Below are positions 51,979 through 61,607 of a DNA stretch of 64,000 nt, one piece after another. Below the pieces are notes generated by a model. The model did not search any database and was not told the DNA's origin. It saw only the letters and a program-made list of their open reading frames with translations. The stretch's first letter is position 1, and each line of letters opens with the position of its first letter. The stretch comes from Gammaproteobacteria bacterium (GTDB taxonomy: Bacteria > Pseudomonadota > Gammaproteobacteria > Ga0077536), in the NCBI GenBank assembly GCA_963662545.2, contig CAXXLL010000003.1:640001-704000 (forward strand). The letters are read 5' to 3'. The position numbers and the translations under genes were made by a program.

Positions 51979-52266
51979 ATGGCACGTGTGACTGTCGAAG
52001 ACTGTTTGCCCTCCGTCGATAACCGCTTCGACCTGGTACTGGTCGCCAGCCGGCGCGCTCGGCAGATTGCCCAGGGCGCGCATCCCCTGGTCGATGTCGA
52101 CAACGATAAGCCGACCGTTGTAGCGCTCCGCGAAATCGCGGCCGGCCTGATGAATCAGGAGATCCTGGACGAAATCGAGGCCAAGGAACGCGCCGCGGAG
52201 GAATACGACCTCGCCGCGGAGTTTGCCGAGCAACAGATCGCCGCCCGGCCCGATCCGCGACCGTAA
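51979..52266 (+). CDS. rpoZ: RNA polymerase omega subunit
   Basis: [27 protein letters not shown]. Confidence 0.97.
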   Translation: MARVTVEDCLPSVDNRFDLVLVASRRARQIAQGAHPLVDVDNDKPTVVALREIAAGLMNQEILDEIEAKERAAEEYDLAAEFAEQQIAARPDPRP

Positions 52267-52287
52267 GGTTCGACAAGGCTGCCAGGG

Positions 52288-54501
52288 GTGGCGCCCGCAC
52301 AGTCACCCCAGCCGTTCCCCGTGAGCGCCACCCCCCTTCCTATCGAGGCCCCGGCGCTCTGCATCGACGACCTGTGCCGTCGCAGCCGCTCCTACCTGTC
52401 AGTAGAGCAAATAAAACAGGTACGCCAGGCCTACCGCTTCAGCGCTGAGGCGCACGATGGGCAGGTCCGCAAGAGCGGCGAACCCTACATCCAGCATCCG
52501 CTGGCCGTCGCGAACATCCTCGCCGATATGCACATGGACCACGAAACCCTCGTGGCCGCGATGCTGCACGACGTCATCGAGGACACGGCGATCGTCGTCG
52601 ACCGAATTAGCGACGAGTTCGGCAGTGAGGTCGCCCAGATCGTCGATGGACTGAGTAAGCTGACCCAGATCGAAACCGAGTCACACGTCGAAGCCCAGGC
52701 TCAGAACTTTCAAAAAATGCTGATGGCGATGGCCGATGACATCCGCGTCATCCTGGTCAAGCTGGCCGATCGTCTGCACAACATGCGCACGCTAGGTGCG
52801 CTCGAAGCGGAGCAACGAAGGCGCATCGCCCGCGAAACGCTCGAGATCTATGCACCGATCGCACAGCGCCTCGGCATGAACGCCATCCGTCTCGAACTCG
52901 AAGACCTGGGCTTTCACGCGCTCTATCCCTTGCGTTCGCAGGTGCTGAGAAACGTCGTGCAGAAAATCCGTGGCAACCGCAAGGAAGTCATCACCAAGAT
53001 CCGGAACCGCATCAAGCGTTACCTCCGCCAGGAGAAACTCGTCGCGCACGTAGTCGGACGCGAGAAACATCTCTACAGCATCTATAAAAAGATGCGCGAG
53101 AAGCACCTGCATCTGGTCGAAGTAAACGATGTTTACGCCTTTCGCATCATCGTCGACTCGGTCGATACCTGCTACCGCACACTCGGAGTGATCCACGGTT
53201 TGTACAAGCCGGTGCCCGGCACCTTCAAGGATTACATCGCGATGTCCAAGGCCAACGGCTATCAGTCCCTGCACACTGTACTCTTCGGTCCGTTCGGCGT
53301 GCCTATCGAAATGCAGATCCGAACCAACGAGATGGACCAGGTCGCCGAAGCCGGCATCGCCGCACACTGGCTTTACAAAACCGGCGACAGCGCCGCCAAG
53401 AGTGCTCACAAGCGCGCGCGCGAATGGCTGCGTGGCGTGATCGAGATGCAGAAGCAGGCAGGCGATTCGCAGGAATTTCTGGAGAATGTGAAAGTCGACC
53501 TGTTTCCAGACGAAGTCTACGTGTTCACACCCAAAGGCAAGATCATGGAACTGCCGCGCGGGGCGACCGCCGTCGACCTCGCCTACGCCATTCACACCGA
53601 TCTCGGCAACACCTGTGTTGGCTGCCGCATAGACCGGCGGCTCGCGCCGCTCAGAACGCCACTCGATACCGGCCAGACGATCGAGATCGTCACCGCGCCC
53701 GGAGCGCGCCCGAACCCCACGTGGCTGAACTTCGTCGTCACCGGCAAGGCGCGCGCCAACATTCGCCACTTCCTCAAGAACCTACGACAAGACGAAGCGC
53801 GTACGCTCGGCAAGCGCATGCTAAACCGCGAACTCGAACACTTCGAAAGTTCGATCGAAAAGCTCGGTAAGCCGCGGCTCAAGGCAGCGCTCAAAAGCTT
53901 CAATTTGGCGACAATCGAAGACCTCCTGGCCGACATCGGCCTCGGCGTGCGTCCCGCGCCGCTCGTTGCACGCAGCTTGATCGGCAATACCCCGGATACG
54001 CCGAGCGCACGCGGCAAAAAGGGCCGTGGTGGCCGGACCAATCGCCGCGAGGCCCCCGGACCACTGCTCATTCACGGCACCGAGGGCATGGTGGTCACCA
54101 TTCCGAAGTGTTGTTATCCCATCCCGGGAGATCCGATCATGGGATCACTGACCGCCGGCCGCGGTATTGTCATCCACCATCCGTCATGCAAAAACGTGAT
54201 CAATTTCCGCAGCGCGCCCGACAAATGGGTGGACGTAGAATGGGCACCGGATCTCGATCGGGAATTCAGTGCGGAAATTGTGCTGGACGTCGTCAATCAG
54301 CGCGGTGTGCTCGCGACGGTGGCTGCGGCCTGTGCGGCTGAGAGCGCCAATATCGAAGGCATCGAACTCAGCGAACGCGACGAACACTATTCGAACATGC
54401 ACCTCATCATCGGCGTCAAGGACCGCACGCATCTGGCGAACGTACTGCGCGTTCTGAGAAACATCAAGACCGTGGTGCGCGTACACCGCAAGCGCGCCTG
54501 A
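52288..54501 (+). CDS. spoT: Bifunctional (p)ppGpp synthetase/hydrolase SpoT
   Basis: HDVIED HD domain, NGYQSLHT, TGS and ACT domains. Confidence 0.96.
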   Translation: MAPAQSPQPFPVSATPLPIEAPALCIDDLCRRSRSYLSVEQIKQVRQAYRFSAEAHDGQVRKSGEPYIQHPLAVANILADMHMDHETLVAAMLHDVIEDTAIVVDRISDEFGSEVAQIVDGLSKLTQIETESHVEAQAQNFQKMLMAMADDIRVILVKLADRLHNMRTLGALEAEQRRRIARETLEIYAPIAQRLGMNAIRLELEDLGFHALYPLRSQVLRNVVQKIRGNRKEVITKIRNRIKRYLRQEKLVAHVVGREKHLYSIYKKMREKHLHLVEVNDVYAFRIIVDSVDTCYRTLGVIHGLYKPVPGTFKDYIAMSKANGYQSLHTVLFGPFGVPIEMQIRTNEMDQVAEAGIAAHWLYKTGDSAAKSAHKRAREWLRGVIEMQKQAGDSQEFLENVKVDLFPDEVYVFTPKGKIMELPRGATAVDLAYAIHTDLGNTCVGCRIDRRLAPLRTPLDTGQTIEIVTAPGARPNPTWLNFVVTGKARANIRHFLKNLRQDEARTLGKRMLNRELEHFESSIEKLGKPRLKAALKSFNLATIEDLLADIGLGVRPAPLVARSLIGNTPDTPSARGKKGRGGRTNRREAPGPLLIHGTEGMVVTIPKCCYPIPGDPIMGSLTAGRGIVIHHPSCKNVINFRSAPDKWVDVEWAPDLDREFSAEIVLDVVNQRGVLATVAAACAAESANIEGIELSERDEHYSNMHLIIGVKDRTHLANVLRVLRNIKTVVRVHRKRA

Positions 54502-54616
54502 ACGACATGAGACACGAGGTGATCTGGGCGACTCGAACTTGTTTCGCGAGCCGCAACCGGGTGGGCGCCTTTGATGCTCCTAAGGGCTGACGCCCGCACG
54601 ACCGCCGCCGAGCGCG

Positions 54617-56701
54617 ATGCCGGAAAAGATCATCCTCGACGACCCGGTTATCAAGCTCAACGGCGTCGGTCCCAAACTCGCTCAGACCCTTGAACGACTA
54701 AAGATCCTTCGCGTCGGCGATCTCCTGTTCCACCTGCCTCTGCGTTATCAGGATCGCACCCGCCTGACGCCCATCGGCGCGCTCCGGATCTATCACGAAG
54801 CCCAGATCGAGGGCACCATCGAGGCGGCCCAGATCGTGTTTGGGCGACGGCGCTCGTTGGTCTGCCGGGTAAGCGACGGCACAGGCGCTCTTCACCTGCG
54901 CTTTTTTTACTTCAGCCGCTCGCAGCAAAACCGACTGGCGGCGGGCCGGCGGGTGCGCTGCTTCGGCGAGGCCCGCCGCGGCCCGAAGACGATCGAGATG
55001 ATCCACCCCGAATGGCAGGTCATCGACCTCGACGATCCGCCGCCGGTGGCCGAAGTACTGACGCCCATTTATCCGGCGACCGAAGGCTTGCACCAGCCGC
55101 GACTGCGCAAGCTCACCGATCAGGCGCTGGCGATCATGGACTCCTACGAGGTGGTCGACGAGTTGATACCCACCGGCATTATGGACAAGCTCGGCCTTCC
55201 CGGGCTGCACGAAGCCTTGCGATTCGTGCACCGCCCGCCGCCGGACGCATCGACCGAGCAACTCGCCGAATCCGTACACCCGGCACAGCGTCGACTCGTA
55301 TTCGAGGAACTCCTCGCGCATCAGATTAGCCTTAAACGGCTGCGCGAGAACGCGCGGGACTTTGCCGCGCCGAAGATCGCCGGCAGTAGCTTGCGCGCGC
55401 GCCTCTTCGAAGGTTTCGGATTCGATTTGACCCACGCGCAGCAACGCGTGATCGAGGAACTCGATCGCGATATTGCCAGTGGCGTGCCGATGCTGCGCCT
55501 GCTGCAGGGCGATGTCGGCGCGGGCAAGACCGCCGTCGCCGCGACCGTCGCGACCGTTCTGATCGAACACGGATATCAAGTCGCCCTGATGGCGCCGACC
55601 GAGCTCCTGGCCGAGCAACACGCGCGCAACCTGCAGCGCTGGTTTGAACCGCTGGATGTCGACGTCGTACTCCTGACCAGCCGTCTGACCAAGGCCGCCC
55701 GCGCGCCGCTGCTCGAGCGGCTCGCCAGCGATCGGCCGGCGCTCGCGATCGGCACGCATGCGCTTTTCCAAAGCGACGTCGCATACGGTCGCCTGGGGCT
55801 CATAATCGTCGATGAGCAGCACCGCTTCGGCGTCGATCAACGCCTGGCGCTCCGTGACAAAGGCGCCCGCGAGGGCTTTCGGCCGCATCAATTGATCATG
55901 ACCGCGACGCCGATCCCACGCACCCTGGCGATGACCGCCTACGCGGATCTCGACGTGTCCGTGCTCGACGAGTTGCCGCCCGGACGCAAGCCGGTGCGCA
56001 CGGCCGTCTTGCCCGAGACCCGGCGCCACGAGATCGTCGAACGCATCGCGGCCGCCTGCCGCGAAGGACGCCAAGTGTACTGGGTGTGCCCCCTGATCGA
56101 CGAATCCGAAGCACTCCAGTACCAGGCTGCGACCGATACCGCCGAGCAGCTCGCCGAAGCACTGCCGGACATTCGCATTGGCCTCGTGCACGGCCGCCTG
56201 CCGGAAAAGGACAAGGACGCCGCGATGGCCGCGTTCGTCCAAGGCAAGACCGCACTCCTCGTCGCTACCACCGTCGTCGAAGTTGGCGTGGACGTGCCGA
56301 ATGCAAGCCTCATGATCATCGAGAACGCCGAGCGCCTCGGTCTCTCGCAGCTCCATCAATTGCGCGGTCGCGTTGGCAGAGGCGGTCAGCAAGCCGACTG
56401 CCTGCTGTTGTACAAGGCGCCGCTGTCGCCGATGGCGAAGGAACGCCTGCAGGTGATGCGCGAAACTACAGACGGGTTCGTCATCGCCGATCGCGACCTG
56501 GCGCTGCGTGGGCCGGGCGAATTGCTCGGCACGCGTCAGGCCGGCGCTTCGCAGTTCCGAATCGCGGACCTGAGCCGCGACGCGGCGCTACTGTTGGACG
56601 TCCAGAAGACGGCCACCCAGCTTTTGTCAGATCATCCGGTAGCGGCCAGAGAGCTCATCGGCCGCTGGCTGGCCGAGCGCGTAGAATATGCCAACGTGTA
56701 A
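54617..56701 (+). CDS. recG: ATP-dependent DNA helicase RecG
   Basis: QGDVGAGKT, DEQHRFG, MTATPIPR, QLRGRVGR. Confidence 0.97.
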   Translation: MPEKIILDDPVIKLNGVGPKLAQTLERLKILRVGDLLFHLPLRYQDRTRLTPIGALRIYHEAQIEGTIEAAQIVFGRRRSLVCRVSDGTGALHLRFFYFSRSQQNRLAAGRRVRCFGEARRGPKTIEMIHPEWQVIDLDDPPPVAEVLTPIYPATEGLHQPRLRKLTDQALAIMDSYEVVDELIPTGIMDKLGLPGLHEALRFVHRPPPDASTEQLAESVHPAQRRLVFEELLAHQISLKRLRENARDFAAPKIAGSSLRARLFEGFGFDLTHAQQRVIEELDRDIASGVPMLRLLQGDVGAGKTAVAATVATVLIEHGYQVALMAPTELLAEQHARNLQRWFEPLDVDVVLLTSRLTKAARAPLLERLASDRPALAIGTHALFQSDVAYGRLGLIIVDEQHRFGVDQRLALRDKGAREGFRPHQLIMTATPIPRTLAMTAYADLDVSVLDELPPGRKPVRTAVLPETRRHEIVERIAAACREGRQVYWVCPLIDESEALQYQAATDTAEQLAEALPDIRIGLVHGRLPEKDKDAAMAAFVQGKTALLVATTVVEVGVDVPNASLMIIENAERLGLSQLHQLRGRVGRGGQQADCLLLYKAPLSPMAKERLQVMRETTDGFVIADRDLALRGPGELLGTRQAGASQFRIADLSRDAALLLDVQKTATQLLSDHPVAARELIGRWLAERVEYANV

Positions 56702-56729
56702 CAGCCGGGTGACGTCAACCCGACAGTCT

Positions 56730-57620
56730 ATGCAACTAGACAAAGAACGAATCCTCGACCGTCTTACGCAGTACGCCCGCCTCGCCCGCATGCACCGTCC
56801 AATCGGGGTCCTGCTGCTCTTGTGGCCGATGTTGTGGGCGCTCTGGATCGCCGGCAGTGGTTCGCCGTCACTCAGAATTTTCCTGATCTTCGTCACCGGC
56901 ACTTTCCTCATGCGCTCCGCCGGCTGCGTCCTCAACGACTACGCCGACCGGAATTTCGATGGCCAGGTCGAACGCACCCGCGACCGACCGCTCGCCACCG
57001 GCGCGGTCACCAGCACCGAAGCGCTCGTCTTATTCGCCGTGTTAATCCTGATGGCGGGACTCCTGGTGCTGGCGACGAACCGCCTGACCATCGGGCTCGC
57101 GGTCGGCGGCGCACTGCTCGCCGTGACCTATCCCTTCTCCAAACGCTACACCTACCTGCCACAGCTTCACCTGGGAGCGGCTTTCGGTTGGGCCGTGCCG
57201 ATGGCCTTTGCCGCGGAGACGGGCGCACTGCCGCCGATGGCCTGGCTCATCTTCTGCGCCGCGGTGTTATGGGCCATGATCTACGACACCGAATACGCCA
57301 TGGTCGATCGCGACGACGACATCCGCCTCGGCATCAAATCAACTGCGATCCTGTTCGATGACTCCGATCGACTGATCATCGGTATCCTGCAGTCAATGAT
57401 GATGGTCAATCTCATCTTGATCGGACAGCAGGTGGATCTTCGCTGGCCGTTCTATCTCTGCCTCTTGATCGGCGCCGGCCTGTTCGTCCGCCAGCAATTT
57501 CTGATCTACGATCGCAACCGCGAAGGCTGCTTTGCGGCTTTCATGAACAACAATTGGGTCGGCGGAGCCATTTTCGCCGGTATCGTGGTGAGTTTTCAGT
57601 ACTATCCGCCGGCGCATTGA
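56730..57620 (+). CDS. ubiA: 4-hydroxybenzoate polyprenyltransferase
   Basis: RSAGCVLNDYADR, YDTEYAMVDRDDD. Confidence 0.95.
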   Translation: MQLDKERILDRLTQYARLARMHRPIGVLLLLWPMLWALWIAGSGSPSLRIFLIFVTGTFLMRSAGCVLNDYADRNFDGQVERTRDRPLATGAVTSTEALVLFAVLILMAGLLVLATNRLTIGLAVGGALLAVTYPFSKRYTYLPQLHLGAAFGWAVPMAFAAETGALPPMAWLIFCAAVLWAMIYDTEYAMVDRDDDIRLGIKSTAILFDDSDRLIIGILQSMMMVNLILIGQQVDLRWPFYLCLLIGAGLFVRQQFLIYDRNREGCFAAFMNNNWVGGAIFAGIVVSFQYYPPAH

Positions 57621-57789
57621 TGTGCGATTTCAAGGCCATGCGCCCGCTGAGATGCCACACAAGCAGTGTGTGTACTCGCGTTATGTTCGCGCGGGGAATT
57701 GAATTTTCGAGCACCGTCATCGACAATTGTAACCAAGCTGCCTGGTGAGATATCCGGGCGGAACCAAAGAGTAAGGGGAGGAAATCATC

Positions 57790-57885
57790 ATGAACCCACT
57801 GGACAGCATTGCCGGGACTATCGTTTCCGGTTTCATACTCGCCATCATCCTGGCCTACGTGGTCAAGGCCATCGCCGGGGCCTGA
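57790..57885 (+). CDS. 31-aa single-TM peptide MNPLDSIAGTIVSGFILAIILAYVVKAIAGA (not in ORF track)
   Basis: Strong GGAGG RBS, GC-rich third positions, one hydrophobic helix. Confidence 0.7.
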   Translation: MNPLDSIAGTIVSGFILAIILAYVVKAIAGA

Positions 57886-57930
57886 GCCCGAGGCGAACCG
57901 TACGACAACGAATAAGGGAGAGAGGAAACC

Positions 57931-58446
57931 ATGGAAATCATGATGATCGACCGCTGGTTGCACATCATCGCCGGCGTACTTTGGATAGGCTTGCTTTACT
58001 ACTTTAATTTCGTGCAGGCGCCCGCGCAGGCCGCGGCCCTCGCAGACAAGGACGGGCCAGGACCCGCCGCGATCGGCAAATACATCGCGCCCCGCGCCCT
58101 GCTCTGGTTCCGCTGGGCCGCACTCGCTACCTGGGTGACCGGCGCCTATTATCTGGAAGCCGCGCCGCAGTATTCACTGGTCGGCGCATTCTCGCTCGGA
58201 ATCGGTGCCCACAATGTGGCCCTGAGCAGCATCGGTATGGGCGCGTGGCTGGGCACCATCATGTTATTTAATGTCTGGGTCCTGATCTGGCCCAACCAGA
58301 AGAAGATACTCGGCATCGTCGAAGCCACCGACGAGGAGAAAGGCAAGGCGAAGCGCATCGCCTTCCTCGCGTCGCGCTCGAACACCTTGATGTCGATACC
58401 GGTGCTGCTGTTCATGCAGGCCGGTGGGCACGGCATGCCGTTTTGA
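57931..58446 (+). CDS. Membrane protein, urate hydroxylase PuuD N-terminal-like (Urate_ox_N) family
   Basis: RWLHIIAGVLWIGLLYYFNFVQ, WFRW, NVWVLIWPNQKK, SRSNT; no cytochrome c domain. Confidence 0.8.
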   Translation: MEIMMIDRWLHIIAGVLWIGLLYYFNFVQAPAQAAALADKDGPGPAAIGKYIAPRALLWFRWAALATWVTGAYYLEAAPQYSLVGAFSLGIGAHNVALSSIGMGAWLGTIMLFNVWVLIWPNQKKILGIVEATDEEKGKAKRIAFLASRSNTLMSIPVLLFMQAGGHGMPF

Positions 58447-58471
58447 AGTGACCCGAACGATTCATTGACCG

Positions 58472-58500
58472 AAAAGCCCGGCCACGCCGGGCTTTTTTTT
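58472..58500 (+). terminator. Rho-independent terminator
   Basis: AAAAGCCCGGC-CAC-GCCGGGC-TTTTTTTT. Confidence 0.9.
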
Positions 58501-58614
58501 GCGCGAAACCGCCCTAAGCCCTATGGTCATGGCATTCACCAAGTATGGGAATAGACAGACGCTGCTTATTACCCTAATTAAAAGTTCATAAGTCTGATTA
58601 CTTAGGAGGTCGAA

Positions 58615-59432
58615 GTGAAACACCCACTGGACTTTACAGATAAAGCTGTCGTCGTAATCGGTGGAACTAGCGGTATCAATTTGGGTGTAGCAGAAGCCTT
58701 CGCTGCAAAAGGCGCGCGAGTCGCCGTAGCGAGCCGCTCGCAGGACAAGGTAGACGCTGCTGTCGAGAAACTGTCGGGCTATGGTGGTGAAGCCATAGGA
58801 TTTAGTGCCGATGTGAGAGACGTCGAAGCGGTCGAGGCTACATTACTAGCTGTGCACGAAGCATTTGGTGCTACGGATGTGCTGGTGTCAGGCGCGGCCG
58901 GAAATTTTCCGGCGCCAGCGCTTGGTATGTCGGCGAACGGTTTCAAATCGGTCGTCGACATTGACCTTCGCGGTACATTTCACGTATTGCATTCGGCGCA
59001 TCCCTACTTGATTAAGCCTGGTGCTTCGATCATCAATATTTCCGCGCCGCAGGCTTTTGTCCCGATGGAACTCCAGGTTCACGTCTGTGCCGCAAAGGCT
59101 GGCGTCGATATGGTCACGCGAGTTCTAGCAATGGAGTGGGGGCCTCAAGGCATACGGGTCAATTCCGTGGTACCCGGACCAATCGATTATCAGAGGGTAT
59201 GAGACGGCTTTCCCCAACCCCCGAGCTGCAGCAAGCCGTGACCGATTCAGTACCGCTAGGACGCTGGGGTACATCGATGGACATTGCTAATACTGTTATG
59301 TTCTTGGCTTCTCCACTGGCGGAATATATTACCGGGGCTGTGATACCTGTCGATGGCGGTTGGTCGCTAGGAAGCGTAAGCGTATTCGGTGACAGCATGG
59401 CGAAATTTGCCGCGCAACAGCAGACCGATTAA
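58615..59432 (+). pseudogene. SDR oxidoreductase (dienoyl-CoA-reductase-like), frameshifted near 59188
   Basis: GGTSGIN, GAAGNF and PGPID in one frame; SEGMRRL...PLGRWG...VDGG continues in another frame. Confidence 0.8.
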
Positions 59433-59737
59433 ATCACAAAGGTTTTGCATCACGTTCATCAGAATATGATTTTGATACCCTATCGAATACCGACTTATTG
59501 CGGCTGATTGCTGAGCTCCAACGAGTGTTCCGAGCAGAGGAAGAGGCATATAATCAATAGTGAGCGCGCCTCATGGAAGGACGATAGTTCTGGTTCCCCC
59601 CGGCTCCGAAATTTTTCTGCAGGCTCGCTAGGTATCTTCAAAACCTTGTCAACAAGTGGCAAACCCCTATCGATTAATTTGTGCGTCTGGTTATTCGATA
59701 GTGTCAATTGATCAACGCACATAGGTGAGAAATGGAT

Positions 59738-60013
59738 ATGAATATATATGTCGGAAATCTGTCTTATGGAGTCACGGAAGATGAGCTTCAGCAGCTATTT
59801 GGAGAATACGGCTCTGTGGTGAGCGCAAATTTAATCATGGACAGGGATACTGGAAATTCTAAAGGTTTTGGATTTGTCGAGATGGAAAATCAAGCCGATG
59901 CTGAAAAAGCAATAAAGGAATTGGATGGAAGTTCGGTCAAAGGCAGAAATATCAAAGTCAATCAAGCTCGCCCTAGGAATGACAAATCCCGACCTAAGCG
60001 GAACAATTGGTAA
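59738..60013 (+). CDS. RRM (RNP-1) RNA-binding protein
   Basis: RNP2 IYVGNL, RNP1 KGFGFVEM. Confidence 0.93.
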   Translation: MNIYVGNLSYGVTEDELQQLFGEYGSVVSANLIMDRDTGNSKGFGFVEMENQADAEKAIKELDGSSVKGRNIKVNQARPRNDKSRPKRNNW

Positions 60014-60049
60014 TGTTGGAACTTCGATGAGACGTGTTGATCCCGGGCG

Positions 60050-61165
60050 TCAGTCAGGCGTGACGGCCGCAGCGAAGCTGGGCGCGTCCGGTTCGAGATA
60101 GCGACGGGCGCGTTCCGTCGCCTCGGCGATCTCCCTTTCCTCAAGGCCCGGCGCCAGTGCTGCGAGGTTGTCGCGGGCGAGTCGATGCCCGGCATCGTCT
60201 GCCGCGATAAACAGCGCATAGGCCTCGACCGGATCCTTTTCGACCCCGATACCCTCGGTGTATAGATAGGCAAGATTGATCCGGGCGTCACCGCTGCCGC
60301 TTGCGGCCGCGCGTCGATACCATTCGACCGCGCGTAATATGTCACGCTGCCAGCCCTGCCCTGCTTCGTACAACATAGCGAGGCTCAACTGCGCACTCAC
60401 TAGCCCCGCGTTCGCCGCGGTCTCGTACAAGGTATTCGCCTGGTCCAGGTCACGCGTGACACCGCGTCCAAGGCGGTACAGCCGCGCCAGATTGTAAGCG
60501 GCTTCCACGTGCCCGCGGTCGGCGGCCTTGCGATACCATTCGGCCGCCTTCAGAAACGACTGCAGACATCCCTGCCCTTTTTCATACATGAGGCCCAGGG
60601 CGAAGGCAGCGCCGCCCATGCCGTGGTCCGCCGCCTTGCTAAACCAGCCAAAGGCGTTGCGTTCGTTTCTCGTTACGCCTTTGCCGAGGTAATACATCCG
60701 GCCGAGTCGAAGCTGAATCTCCGCATCGCCTTCTTCGGCGTAGCGATGCACGCGCGCCAACGCGCCGTCGTTGCCGCGCGCCGCCGATGTACCGAACCAG
60801 AGGCGGGCCGTGGCGACATCGCGCTCGACACCGCGTCCATTGTCGTACATCAGCGCGAGATTGTACTGCGCCTTTGCGTAACCCTTTTCCGCGCTCTTGC
60901 GATACCACTCAAAGGCAGCCGCATCGTCCTGTTCGACGCCTTCGCCGTTGTCGTGCATGAGACCCATAGCGAACTGCGCGCGCACGTCGCCGGCCGTGGC
61001 GAGCCTCGAAAACTCACGGCTGGCGGCCTCAAAATCGGCCCTTTTGTAGGCCGCGATGCCCGCGCCGAAATCAGCGGCGGATGTCGACGAAAAGCTTATC
61101 AGCACCAGTATAATCAGTGCGTTTTCACGGACGATTAGGGATCTCATGGTCATGCTTATCGGCAC
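60050..61165 (-). CDS. Sel1-like repeat protein, exported
   Basis: Repeated AQYNLA.MY..G.GV..D...A..WY..AA..G units; signal peptide; exact start uncertain. Confidence 0.9.
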   Translation of the reverse strand: MPISMTMRSLIVRENALIILVLISFSSTSAADFGAGIAAYKRADFEAASREFSRLATAGDVRAQFAMGLMHDNGEGVEQDDAAAFEWYRKSAEKGYAKAQYNLALMYDNGRGVERDVATARLWFGTSAARGNDGALARVHRYAEEGDAEIQLRLGRMYYLGKGVTRNERNAFGWFSKAADHGMGGAAFALGLMYEKGQGCLQSFLKAAEWYRKAADRGHVEAAYNLARLYRLGRGVTRDLDQANTLYETAANAGLVSAQLSLAMLYEAGQGWQRDILRAVEWYRRAAASGSGDARINLAYLYTEGIGVEKDPVEAYALFIAADDAGHRLARDNLAALAPGLEEREIAEATERARRYLEPDAPSFAAAVTPD

Positions 61166-61204
61166 CGCAGGCCTGTCACTGGAGCCGCCCGGTCCGTAAT
61201 CTCA

Positions 61205-61582
61205 GTGATGGCGGATTCGGCAGGCAAGCGACACGCTTACCGCGTTCTCGCCTGGGGCGGGGCGGCCGCGGTTCTCGTCGCTTCTATCGTACCGCCACCG
61301 GCTCCGGTGGTGGCGGCGCCGCTCGGCTTCGACAAGCTCGTCCATGCCGCGAGCTACGCGGTCCTCATGTTCTGTTTCGGCCGGGCTTACGCGCGGCCGT
61401 CGTGGCTTCGAGCGGCGGCGCTTTTAACTTGTTACGGCGTACTCATTGAACTTCTGCAACAATTCTCGCCCGCGCGCTGTGCCTCGGCCGCCGACGCGCT
61501 CGCCAATCTGATCGGAATCTCGATTATGCTGGGCATGCTATATCGCGGAGAACGTGAATCGCCCCGAACCCCGCCCGTGTAA
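61205..61582 (+). CDS. VanZ-like family membrane protein
   Basis: DKLVHAASY, IELLQ, DALAN. Confidence 0.8.
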   Translation: MMADSAGKRHAYRVLAWGGAAAVLVASIVPPPAPVVAAPLGFDKLVHAASYAVLMFCFGRAYARPSWLRAAALLTCYGVLIELLQQFSPARCASAADALANLIGISIMLGMLYRGERESPRTPPV

Positions 61583-61607
61583 CACGATCAGAGGAACCCC
61601 ATCTCGA

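Noticed and set aside
54698-56392. 564-aa antisense ORF over recG (similarly 26-1285, 12679-13803, 52792-53769)
   Set aside because: Shadow ORFs expected from GC-rich codon bias; no recognisable motifs.
57883-57885. In-frame TGA as selenocysteine or readthrough joining the peptide to the downstream gene
   Set aside because: A second in-frame TAA follows, and the downstream gene has its own RBS.
59495-59722. Short ORFs on both strands in the low-GC islet
   Set aside because: No RBS or motif support; probably the RRM gene's upstream region.
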